In this document: piece by piece, positions 13,401 to 25,826 of the stretch
Layout of the letters: each line of letters starts with the position of its first letter
How positions within the stretch are numbered: position 1 is the first letter of the stretch
Assembly (NCBI GenBank): GCA_964016885.1
Contig: OZ024756.1
Span: 35,092,001 to 35,156,000, forward strand
Origin: Eledone cirrhosa
Lineage: Eukaryota
DNA: 64,000 nt
Reading direction: 5' to 3'
The notes under the pieces: generated by a model
Seen by the model: only the letters and a program-made list of their open reading frames with translations
What the model was told of the DNA's origin: nothing
Databases searched by the model: none
Translations under genes and position numbers: made by a program

Positions 13401-16400
13401 AGGTCAAATCCTGATGACATATGTCGCCCAGTTTAACACTACCATCAAGCTCTTGCTTGTCTTTAGTGTAGTTCGTTCTGTTGTAAGTGTTTGGTCCAGG
13501 TCTCTGGTTTCAGGACACCTTTCTTCCTCCCTCATACCAGTCACAGAGGCCCTGGAAAGGGATCATAAGCATTGTCCTCCCCTCCTTGTAAAAACGAAAA
13601 GAAAAGTATGTCATTACCTCTGTACAGGCGAGATGATGAATGTTCATGAAGTCAACTTTAGCACGGCAGTAGTCGAAGGCGTGAACAAACTCATGTGCAA
13701 GAACATTGCAACATAACCACCGTTTCTTGGCTGTATTTTGACACACCACCACCTAGGAAGAAATATCATCCTTACTTTAAACATTTCATTACCATATTTT
13801 TAATGAAAACCTTTCTGTTCAAACAAGCCACACATACTGACATTAAGTTATTGTCTTCAAAATAAATAACATCAAAATCTCATAGATAATTATGTAACCT
13901 TTAATGTGAAAATATCATCATCACTCATCACTCGTCGACTACTGTCGAGATGATGGATCTCACTCTCATGCCCCAGAATCCCCTGTCCCCCAGGTCCTGT
14001 CTGCTGATTCCCGTATCCCTAGAGATAACGTCAGGGAATGACAGCTTCCTACTCCTAGTCAGGCTAGAGTCAGGGTTCCAGAGCAAGAGAGCGGATATCA
14101 TTTCATTGCTGGCACGGTGACAGTGGCCAGCAAATTGAGCTCTCCGGGATTTTAGAAGGGCAGAGGCTCGAGGGAGTTTGCCATAGATTTTAGACAACGT
14201 GGGATGTCGTTTCCAGGATAGGTTTTGAAAATATAATAGTATCATCATTTATAGCACAGTAATTAAATGCTAAAAGATTAAGGCATATCAGCTCCCATAA
14301 TGGAAAAAAATGTGTATATAATATATACATATATTTATACACATACATATACATATGTGAAATTACAATGTTATAGGTGTCAATTAGTTATATAAAAACA
14401 TATTGATTGATGTAGTGTCCCTTATGTTAATCATTTTATGACCATATTTCTAACGGACACCACACACACATACTATAGTTTATGGTGACAGGTAAGTTAG
14501 AAACACACATACATACATATATACGTTCACGCACATACAGTAGTTTAAACAGACTCATATATATATATATACACACATCATCATTTTCGGCATCTCATAT
14601 CTGCTAGCAAGGGTTGAACATAGATACACACACACACATACATATTTATGTATATATATATAGGAAAAGAATCAGGACCCCGACGGCTGAGCTCCGGCCG
14701 TTTCGACAGTTAGATCTGAACAGTTCAGATCTAGTTGTCGTAATGGCTGGAGCTCAGCCGTCGGGGTCCTAATTCTTTTCCTATTACCCACTCAACTACC
14801 CTAAGTATCAAGTACTCTGGTGTGTTATGGTCCACCTGGTATCTTACCACACTTTCTTTGTTGAGATGCAATTTGGGTTTGTGCCAGGAAGAGGCACCAC
14901 TGATGCCCTCTTCCTTGTGAGGCAGTTACAGGAAAAGTACCTAGCTAAAAGTAAGCCACTCTACCTGGCATTCGTCGATCTCGAGAAAGCCTTTGACAGA
15001 GTTCCCCGTGCTATAATCTGGTGGGCTCTTAGAAAACTAGGAGTAGATGAATGGCTTGTGAAAGCTGTACAAGCCATGTATAGGGGAGCAGTCAGCAAAG
15101 TTAAGATTAGCAATGAGTATAGCGAGGAATTTAGCGTACAGGTCGGTGTCCACCAGGGCTCTGTTCTTAGCCCTCTCCTGTTCATCATAGTCTTGCAGAC
15201 AATAACGGAAGAGTTTAAGACCGGATGCCCATGGGAACTCCTGTATGCAGATGACCTCGCACTTATAGCCGAATCTATAGTAGAACTAGAGAAGAAATTC
15301 CAAACTTGGAAGCAGGGACTAGAAAGAAAGGGTCTTAAAGTCATCCTGACAAAGACTAAGGTCCTTGTAAGTAGACGAGAAAACAGAACCCAGATCCCCT
15401 CAGGGAAATGGCCTTGCTCAGTATGTAGGAAAGGTGTAGGTAGGAACTCCAATCTCTGCCCCAAATGCAAACAATGGGTAGACAAGAGATGTAGCGGGAT
15501 CTCAGGAAGCTTAACTAAGAATGTAGGCTTCACATGTAGCAGCTGTGCTGGGACAGCTAGCAGCAAACAGCCACAGGAAGCAAGTACCACCAAACTCTGG
15601 GAGGGCTCTGTAGAAACAGTAGACAGCTTCTGCTACCTAGGTGACCGAATTAGCAGCGGAGGTGGGTGTTCGGAAAGTACAATAACTAGGGTAAGAACGG
15701 AATGGAAGAAGTTCAGGGAGCTACTGCCACTGCTAGCTGCAAAAGGCTTTTCCCTCAAAATGAAAGGCAGACTGTATGATGTGTGTATACAAACAGCAAT
15801 GTTACATGGTAGTGAGACCCGGGCGCTGACTGTGGAAGACTTGCGTAGATTAGAAAGAAACGAAGCCTGCATGCTCCGATGGATGTGTAATAGTAATATA
15901 CGCGAACGGCAAAGCATAAATGAATTGAGAGAGAGACTGAGCATAAGAGGAATCAAATGCTGTGTGCAGGAGAGGCGGTTGCGTTGGTATGGACATGTGA
16001 TGCGTATGAAGGATGACAGCTGCATAAAAAGGTGCAGAGCACTAGAAGACGATGGAAACCGCGGAGTGGGGAGACCCAAGAAGACCTGGGATAAGGTGAT
16101 AAAAGCCGACCTTACCCAATTACACCTCTGAAAAGCGATGACACACAACCATGACCTCTGGTGTCACGCAGTACTATAGAAGACCCGACCCCCCCGCGGG
16201 TACAAGCCAAAGCTGAAGTATATAGACAATAAAACCCCACCCTCCCACTGCAAAAAAACACCCAGCCCACACTGTAAAGCGGACATGTAGGCGCCACGGA
16301 AAAAAAGCACCCAGCACTCACTGTAAATGAGGTTGGTGTTAGGAAGGGCATCCAGCTGTAGAAATCAAGCCAGAATCAGTTCCTGTATGAGCAAGACAAG

Positions 16401-19400
16401 GTCAGCCAACCGGACACTGCCCACAACAGGACAACCCGTCTAACCCATGCTAGCGTGGAAGAACGGATGTAAAACGGTGGTGATGATGATATATAATTGT
16501 ATCTATATTTTTACTCCATCCCCCACACCAAGGATGAAAGGCAAGGTTATCTATGGTGTGATTTGAACTCATTATGATGATAATAACAATGAATAGACAA
16601 AACAGTGGATGGGTTGCCGCCTGTTAGGTACACTGTATTCCTATATGTCATAATATGTGACTAAAAAGGTTGGGACCAGGAAAAGTATCCACTTATAAAA
16701 CATTGCTTCAAAAAGGATTCCATGATAAGTAGGAATCACTGAACATTTATTTGCAATATTACAGATATTCTACAGATCAATACTATATATGTATTGATTG
16801 AATTCTGGGGTCATAGTGGTTAATGATCTTTTTACTGTAACATTTGACATTCTCCATACAAATAATTAATTTATACCTGTCACCATATACATGACATAAA
16901 CTACTGTATATGTGTGTGTGTGTGTGTGAGTTACAGCCCTTTATGTTCTGAGTTCAAATCCTGTCGAGGTTAGCTTTGCTTTTCATCCTGAACTTTACAG
17001 AGAAGTTAATGAAGGAATGCAACAAGTGGAGGGTGGGTGTGCTGGAAAATATGCATCCCATGCAAGTGTGGAAAAGTGGATGTAAAAAGGATGGCAGTGA
17101 TGAAGCCATGCCAAACAAAGGATCAAAAGACTCTTCAGTTTTGTGAAAGACATGACAATCTCCCTAGTGCTAGTATCACAATAAAATGCATCCAGTACAC
17201 TATGTAATGTAGTTGGTGTTAGGAAAGATATGCTATTGTATAACCCATGCCAAAACTGCAACATAAGTGAAAAAAGGGGAGGCCTTGATCCGTTTGAGAG
17301 ATCAGTAACTCTGATTAAGTACTGACTTGATCTGTGATGACAAATCCACCCCTTGCCAGCATGGAAAGTAGATGTAAAATAATGATAAATATTAACTCTG
17401 ATTAAGTACTGACTTGATCTGTGATGACAAATCCACCCCTGCCAGCATGGAAAGTAGATGTAAAATAATGATAAATATTAACTCTGATTAAGTACTGACT
17501 TGATCTGTGATGACAAATCCACCCCTTGCCAGCATGGAAAGTAGATGTAAAATAATGATAAATATTAACTCTGATTAAGTACTGACTTGATCTGTGATGA
17601 CAAATCCACCCCTGCCAGCATGGAAAGTAGATGTAAAATAATGATAAATATTAACTCTGATTAAGTACTGACTTGATCTGTGATGACAAATCCACCCCTT
17701 GCCAGCATGGAAAGTAGATGTAAAATAATGATAAATATTAACTCTGATTAAGTACTGACTTGATTTGTGATGACAAATCCACCCCTTGCCAGCATGGAAA
17801 GTAGATGTAAAATAATGATAAATATTAACTCTGATTAAGTACTGACTTGATTTGTGATGACAAATCCACCCCTTGCCAGCATGGAAAGTAGATGTAAAAT
17901 AATGATAAATATGATTAAAGCCAAACCATACAAAAACAATAGGATGAGAAAAATCACCTGATTCAGTTTGGGGTCATATCCCCCATTTACGTAACCAACA
18001 CATGGTTCACAAGCGATATGACGTCTCAGATTGATAGGACTGAAAATATAGGAAGAGATTAGTTTTATTTCTCATAGATTGAATAATAATGAAAATTGTG
18101 TACAGTGCTCAGGTGCACTACAACTCATCAAAGGTACATGAATAGTACATAGAATAATGTATAAATGCCAGGAAAGTAAATTGTGTATGAGTCATGATAT
18201 ACATACAGACACACACAAACATGCATGTGTCTGTATGGAAGGGGAATATCGGATGTAGTATTGGCGAATTTCAGGAGGCTTGGAAGTTATGAAAGATGCA
18301 GAGTCCAGTTTGTTGTAAACATTCAGACCATAACTCCAGTTTGAGGATACCTTCCTCTTTCTCTTCCCACCAGACTCAGAGATCCCTGCCCCACAAAGGG
18401 GTCATAGGCATTGGTCTTTTCTCACTGAGTAAGCAGTGGAAAAACAACAATATAAAAAAAAAACCTTTGACCTTGACCTGTTATTACAAATGGAGTCCAG
18501 TAGTTGAACAAATTAATTAATTAAATTATTAATGGAATTTACAGTGATAATAATGTTCATCTTACCAACCATGACTTTTCAAAGCTCTTAAAAGTAATTT
18601 CACCAATGGATCTAGTGGAAAGAGAAGAAAAACAAACTATTCTAAAAGTTGAAATGACAAACCCAGCTCTCGTGGTGGAACTAGTCCATGTTGGAAAGGA
18701 GGAATTTAGTAACATAACTAACTTTCCCATTATCAAGCTGCTGTTTTGGAACATAACTTAACAAAGGTCCTTATATAAAATCACCAGGGAAAGTTTTTAG
18801 GTAATTATAAACACTTTAAAACAAACTGTTTTTGAATCGTAGAACCAGGGGTGGTTTGGTGTTAAAAGGGTTAAATTTTGACAGATTTGAAGGTGAAATC
18901 AGTATACTTTCATAAATTTACAGTCATGTTATCAATTCTGAATTCCTAGTCATGTATCTACATGGAAAAATGGCATTAGATTATGTGTCCTTTCCCAAGG
19001 GCATTAGCGGATGACGTGAAGAGAGATGGTTTCGACTAAAAATCGAAACCATTACGTGGATTCAATTCTATAACATTCGTAATTCGTTTTACTACTACTA
19101 CTAGCACAGACTTTTATTTCACAGCTTTAGCTTCACATTATTCCAATCCTTGTTCTCCTAAACACTATCATTCCCTGTTGTAGTTTGTACGTTTTCTTTT
19201 TCCCCCTAATTTCTATTGATTTGTTTTGTTATGTAAATTGTATATATCTTAAGTATGGTCATTTGGTACACGGTAAGGGTAATTAGACTCATACCAAAAT
19301 AGAGATGAATATCTTCTGACTATCGATGCCTCCCAGATGAGTGTTTATACGTATTCATAATATTTTAATATTTTGGGATGGTCGTTTCGCCAACGTACAG

Positions 19401-20066
19401 GGTCCGCCAAAAGATAAACAACATTACGGAACTATCGTGGTTAAATATCGCAGAACAAAAGACAAAAAACTGCTGGCAATAATGTTAATATTGCCATTAA
19501 TAAACCCACTTATGTCATTGAAAAGACAAAAACATCACACCACACCACACCACAGTTACCACGCCGGTTTTTAAATAGCGTTATCGTCCTTAGTCAAACC
19601 AAGTCCTTCTCCATTTTAGTTTAAAATAACAGTTGATAAAACATTATTACTTTAATAAACACCAGTAATACACTGGGATAATTACTGGCCTTGTGCCTAA
19701 AGTAGAAACAATTATTACTTTAATAAATATCAGTCGAATAATAATAATAATTGTTTCTACTTTAGGCACAAGGCCTGAAATTACCCTAGTGCATTACTGG
19801 TACTTTATTTTATCGAATAATAATAACAGAAAATGATTGCCACACTCACGATTTTCAACACACCAAGACACGTTAGCTTCACATTTGAATTTCTTTCCAC
19901 GACCTTCAGTCCACATAGTTTCCCAGAAAGTTTTCTGTTTAGCTCTGGCCCTCTCTGGGTAGAAATAATATCCATAGTCTTCTTTATGTTCCTCTGATCT
20001 ATACCTCGATGTATCGAACGGAGATGCTTCTCCATCACCATTCTTATCTGTTGCCGAGTCGGTCAT
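10403..20066 (-). CDS. ATP23: Mitochondrial inner membrane protease ATP23 homolog, 6 coding exons, ~255 aa
   Basis: Exons 20066-19850, 18611-18566, 18039-17958, 13752-13618, 11454-11365, 10600-10403 join in frame (768 nt). HEFVH zinc motif, GGYDP, HLACTEIRAAN and VFDKCYNDLEP are typical of peptidase M76/ATP23. Confidence 0.95.
11109..11322. mobile_element. piggyBac-like MITE (TTAA target, CCCTTT..GCATTTA TIRs)
   Basis: TTAA-CCCTTTCAGCATTTA ... TAAATGCTAAAGGG-TTAA; related copies at 24361-24515, 36546-36770, 55455-55679, 55747-55880, 59050-59249. Confidence 0.75.
13925..14225 (-). mobile_element. LINE 3' fragment (similar family to 52390-53090)
   Basis: SWKRHPT..IYGKLP..RRAQFAGHCHRA..LLLWNP, followed by a short GAT-type tail. 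Confidence 0.7.
14660..14784. repeat. 125-bp near-perfect palindrome (hairpin)
   Basis: 62-nt arms centred on 14722, with only 6 non-Watson-Crick pairs. Confidence 0.9.
14861..16490 (+). mobile_element. 5'-truncated RTE-clade LINE with open RT-C-terminal ORF (ORF track 14827-16131)
   Basis: [62 protein letters not shown]; 3'UTR ends in a (GAT)n tail. Antisense in an ATP23 intron. Confidence 0.95.
17306..17911. repeat. 86-87-bp minisatellite, ~7 copies
   Basis: TAACTCTGATTAAGTACTGACTTGATCTGTGATGACAAATCCACCCCTTGCCAGCATGGAAAGTAGATGTAAAATAATGATAAATAT repeated. Confidence 0.95.
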
Positions 20067-21332
20067 TTTAAAGGCAACTTTCTAGCCACCTTTGTAAAAA
20101 AAATTAGAAATATTTTCATTAAAGATGTTATCAGTTAATCAATGTATTTGAGGATGAGAGGGGGTGTATTAAAAATATAAAAACATTGTTTGGTATTTTA
20201 AGATCTCTCTCATCAAGGACAAAACAGGGACTCTAGAGATGTTTAGTCTGGCAATGAAGACCACGTGTCTTTAAAGATTGAAATTTAGCGAAAACTATAG
20301 AAACCGAATCTTTAATAGCAACTGACTTGTATATATATATACACATGTCCAACAAATAAATAGATTATACATATGTGAATGTATACATGAATAATTAAAT
20401 TATAATTATTAAAGTAGAAATGTTTTCCTTCAAATAGAAATTTTTATTAAAAATTACTTACAGGATTTTTCTAATAAGTTTTAAAATTAAAAATAGAAAA
20501 AAAAGTGTCTCTGTTATAGCGATGTATTGTTATAAATAATTGTCATTTCATTAATTTTTGATTGTGAATTCTAAAGTTTAATTTGTGTGAAAAACTAAAA
20601 CCAGCGGCTGACACCATCGTCCTTGTTTATAGATAATTTCTTTATTTGCCGTACGGTATAAGGTAAAACTAAGTCTCCAATAGAAATAACTCCGGTAGAT
20701 AAAACTACAAGGAAGAATGAAGACAATTGTTTTTCTTTATTCGTATTTTAAAAAAACAAAACGAGTTAGTTATCATAGCTCTGGCAAAACTATACTATAT
20801 ATAGATGTTTTTTTCTTCTTCTTGTTGATGTTTATTGTGGGGAAACGAGTTCAGGATAGAATAAGCTCCAAGAAATGAAACACCAGGGATGTTCTTTCTT
20901 GGTTCTAAGTTAAAATTATGTCAGGGGTGAACTGAACTTCTAATTTCTCTAGAGTTGATGAAATAAATACCATTAATATACTGGTATATCCACTGTCATT
21001 TTATTTCAAGTATAAAATAAAATGTTATACCACTATTTCAAACTCAAATAAAAATGAATAGAAGTATGTATGTGCATAACTTTCATTTGCTGGTTCGTGT
21101 TGATACCGTTGGCCACTACATACATACATTAATATATATATTTCAAAGTTATTTCATATAAAAGCATTTAACAATATAACCAATGATTCTGCTTATGCGT
21201 ATGTTTTAATACTAATTGTTTGGCAGGTGTTGTTTCTGTGAACAGTAGACATTTTACGGGTTACACCGGAGTCTGGCACTTGTCATTAAGTGAGAAATCT
21301 CTGAAAGACAAGAAATAATATTCACTATTAAA
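20067..21332. promoter_or_regulatory. Shared divergent (bidirectional) promoter region of ATP23 and MRPL17
   Basis: Start codons are ~1.27 kb apart and point away from each other; candidate 5'UTR splice sites at 20461 (donor, -) and 21226 (acceptor, +). Confidence 0.6.
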
Positions 21333-22236
21333 ATGTTGAAGTTTGTTGTTCGAACCCGTCCCAGGTTCATGAGTGCCACCCTGGGACGTGGTGGAGGTCC
21401 CTCTGCTCGCTTAGAACAACTTCGCAGAACAGTCACTGCTATAATTCGATACGAACGAATAGAATCTTATTACTACCGTCTCGACGAGGCTAGAGGTTAC
21501 ACAGAAAGAGTAAGTACAATAATTAAATGGTCTTCATTGAATTGAACCAACCGAAAAAGAATGACTAAAAAGAAAATAATAATAGTATTGTTTTCTGATT
21601 TTAGTACAAGGCTAGCAATTATTAATTTGTGTGTGTGTGTGTGTGGAGCTATTATATCGATATCAGTACTTAACTGCTACTATATTTTATCGGCGTCGCA
21701 AGGAAGAAAGGCAAAATCGACTTCGGTGGGATTTGAACTCAGGACATAAAGATCCGGAACAAACACCAAGAAGCATATTGTCTTACGTTCTAAAGATTCT
21801 TCCAACCCACCGTCTTTGAATAATAATGGTTTCTGATTTAGGCACAAAGCCAACAATTTTGCGGGGAGCGAAAAGTCGATTAAATCAACCCTAGTGTATT
21901 ACTGGTACTTTATTTTATCGATCCCTGTAAGAATGAAAGGCAAAGCTAACCGATGATTTCTTTATTAACCACAAACGGTTTTCATTAAGTAAACATTAAA
22001 GAACACAGGACAAAACATCAAGTGTGTGTGTGTGGGGGGGGGGGGGGGGGTATGTAAATAGATTCAACATATAATAATAATTTTAAAAATGGTATTAATG
22101 AAATGATGGCCGTTATTTACATATTTTAACTAATTTGAGTTTTTTATATTTAATTGCAGTTACTTCAGTTGGCCATAAAAAATGGTCCCAGGGACCCTAA
22201 AACTATGGAGATGGCTGATTATTGGTTGTTGGTAGG

Positions 22237-22282
<46 letters not shown>

Positions 22283-23651
22283 CATCATCATCACTTTTTA
22301 ATGTCCATTTTCCACGCTACCATGGCTTAGACGAGCTGCCCAATTGTGAGACAAGCCAGGTTGGATGACTATCTTACTCATACAGAACTGATTTTGGCTT
22401 GGTAGGTATGAAAACCGAATTGGAGATAGTGTATTTGGTTTTTAGCTACTTCCCCTCCTGATAACTAAATGCTGAACTTTGCACATTACCTCACCAGCTC
22501 CAGCAATTCTTACACATAATTCAGCCCCCTGCCTTCCATTACTTGTGAAAACGACCCCGAGATACTTGAACTGCTTCAGAAAATAAATTAGTAAATAGAA
22601 TATATAACATGCAATAAAGACAAATTATATAGAATTTTATAAGTCTGTATGAGCAAGTTGTATTTTGTTGTATATTATTTTATGTATTTTCAGTTCTTAT
22701 ACAACTGTTAAGTTTTGGCCCAAAAGTTCACTACCAACTCCTGGGGATGTGACATCTTATTTAATCTATAATCCATATGTTTTTGTATATTACAGGAGAA
22801 AGACTTGGTATTGAAGCTGTTTAAGGTGTTAGTCCCTCGCTTCTCTCAATACAGCACTAGTTTTACTGAGATGTACAAACTACCAACAGTTTATCCTGGA
22901 ACTGGAGCTGCACTTGGGATTCTTGAATTGAAAGGTAGAATCAAAACAATGGTGTTGATTAACAATTCTGTCTGAGTATGTCTGTTTTGAGTGTATACCG
23001 TGTCAGTGTGTATGTTTAATATATACTGTAATTAAGTCTGTGTGTGTGTATTTAATATATACTGTGTCTGAGTCAGTATGTGTATATTTAATATATACTG
23101 TGTCTGAATCAGTGTGTGTTTTTAATATATATACTGTCTGAGTTAGTATGTTTTTGTTCAATATATGTATATATATATATCATATTATTTATGTATGTTC
23201 ATACATGGGAATAAAGGTTTCAAGGCCCAAATTTGACCATATCTCCAGAATACAAGAGGCATCAAATTAGTGACCTTTCTTCAGGTGCTTATACGAGAAG
23301 TATATTATTTATTCAATTGGATGCCAAATAATTTGAACACCCATTGACAGGTTTTGTACACATTTTGCTAAAAAAAGTGTTTTTTACATTTCAATTAAAT
23401 TTTTATGGTTTGTATTAACAGGTAATCCATGGCCACCAGTCTTACCCAACCAGAAAAGTAAAGAACAGTTTCTTATTAATGAGTTACTTGAAGCTGCCCA
23501 ACAAGATATGTCTCCACACACTACAGAAAATAAACATCTTCCAGCACAGACAGACCAGATTATTAAAGAAAATATTGAAACAGATTCTTTGATACAAAAC
23601 TTTGACCAAATTAATATTCAGACAACTGAAAATTCAAACAAAACAATGTGA
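21333..23651 (+). CDS. MRPL17: Mitochondrial ribosomal protein L17 (bL17m), 4 coding exons, ~205 aa
   Basis: Exons 21333-21509, 22160-22231, 22796-22934, 23422-23651 (618 nt, GT-AG). Motifs LRRTVTAIIRYERIE, MEMADYWLLEKDLVLKLFKVLVPRF, ILELKGNPWPPV. Confidence 0.93.
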
Positions 23652-25540
23652 ACTGTTTTTTTCCTCCCCTCCAAATATTATTGGGGAGAAAGAGCCCCCC
23701 ACCAACAAAAACAAAGAATTACATAAAGTTTTTATGAAATGTAATTTAACTTTTGATAATTCTATTTTATATTGTTCTGATTACTTTCAGATTACTGTTG
23801 GGTGTTTTTTTTTCTTTTCTAATAAAATAATTTATAGTCCTTTTCAGAAAAAAAAAAAAATCTATCTTCTAATTATCTTACTAATAAACTTTTTTTTTAC
23901 TGTTTAGTCAACGAGGGAAGGAAGGAACAAGGTATCTTCAAACCAGCTGCACTCTTTGCCGGTCAATTCTTTTTCTTTCTCATAATATATATATATATAT
24001 AATAGTAGAATACTGGTGGGTTATATCCATAGTAGTCCATGGGACGAGTTTGGTAGTAATTCCACAACAGTTAGTTCACCATACCAAGAACAAATGTTTC
24101 ACTTTGGTGAACTAACTGTTGTGGAACTACTATATATATATATATGTGTGTATGTATGGAAGACATTGGTTATTATCAGACCTGGTGAAGGATGGGCTGA
24201 CAAGTTTAAAACATTCAGGACATTTCAGTATCCCTACAACTTGACCAGGAGTTAACAGAAAATATCTTAAATCAGATTTGTTGATTCAAATGTTTATAGT
24301 ATCTTTGCTCGTGGACATATTGTTTTGATACTTTTGAAGAAAGTCTTGCCAGGTTAAGAGTTAATCCTTTAGCATTGAAACCAGCCAGAATTCTCACTTT
24401 TCAAACTGGCCATTCATATTAATGTTACGGTATTGTTATCAAAATCTCAAAGATTTGATATGTGAGGTAAAGCCTTACAATAGTAAATATAGAGTAATGC
24501 AAATACTAAAGGGTAAGGGCCCAAATGGAGGAAGAAAAAGGGATATATCTTGTTCATTCAATGTTTATTTCTGCTTTGTGTTACTATTTTTATTTTCTCT
24601 TACACAAAAATATAACCCAAACAGCAGCGTGTTGCTTCACACTTGGTCATAAATGAAAACACATAAAACTTGTTAGTTTTATAAGTTATTTGTAGCTTTA
24701 TTTACATAACTATCCATAAACTGAAAAAATAACAATTTCTCATGCTTATGTATTTATTTTTGCAAGATTCATGTGTTAAAACAGGTATTGTTATATCTGG
24801 GGATGGTCATATTACCAATAAAAACTCACACTATTTGACTTTCAATCCAGCTTCACTATTATTAGTTACTGGCTAGTTTTGTCAAAGTTTGCTTCTCTTA
24901 TCTGTGCCTCCTCCTCTTTCTGGTCTTATTTTTAAAAAAAGACCAGAAAAGAGAAGAGGAGGCAGAAGAACAAATAATTGAGGAGGTCGATTGTGTGACG
25001 AAAGAGCGATGAACTAACTAATAACTAATAATAATAAAGCTGAAGTAAAAGTCAAATAGTGTGAGTGTTTTTATTGGCAAAATCAGCAACATGACCATCC
25101 CAAAAATTAACAATTTCTTAATTTTGAAGAAAACACCATTCTTTTAAAATTCTGGTAATCTTTTGTACTTACCTAACTATTTACTCAAAAATAATTTTAA
25201 ACAACAAAAAACAACAGAAAATGAAATCAACAATACAGAAAAAACAAAAATTTTGTCATTCCATAATTTTCAAGCTAATTATTTAAATATATATTTTTAG
25301 TGAACATTTTTAAATGCAATGTTGTGAAAGCTTTCAATGCAAGTAATTGAAATCAAATTGCCATATTTTTCAGTGTATAAAACCATTTTTACATCAAAAT
25401 CCTCCTGCATCATATTCATACTATATATTACAATAACCATTTTTTTGTACCAAATCTTTTCCTCCAAAACAAGGATTTGTCTTATATTCCAAAATCTATG
25501 TTAGTTTTTAAGAGAAACAGGAAAAAGAACACACACATAT

Positions 25541-25571
<31 letters not shown>

Positions 25572-25761
25572 AACAACACAATCGGTACAGTATATGGAAG
25601 GGATATAATAGGTTAACACTTGAAATAGCAGGAAGAGGTTCTTAATGTTTCGGACGCTAGTCCTTCATCAGAAGAAATAAGATAGATTGAAGGGACGGGT
25701 GGGATGAAATATATATATACGATATATTAACAAATGGAAACTATATTTATAAAACCATATT

Positions 25762-25826
25762 TATTTCATTATACATATTTCAAGGACACCAAGTTAAATT
25801 ATGGTGTGCTTTCATCAGATAAAATA
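25762..25826 (-). ncRNA. Dispersed minimal type I hammerhead motif (family A)
   Basis: tattttat CTGATGA aagcacacca..tggtgtcctt GAAA tatgta TA atgaaata. Confidence 0.65.

Noticed and set aside
14961-16148. Minus-strand ORFs of 210 and 171 aa
   Set aside because: Antisense shadows of the RTE RT frame.
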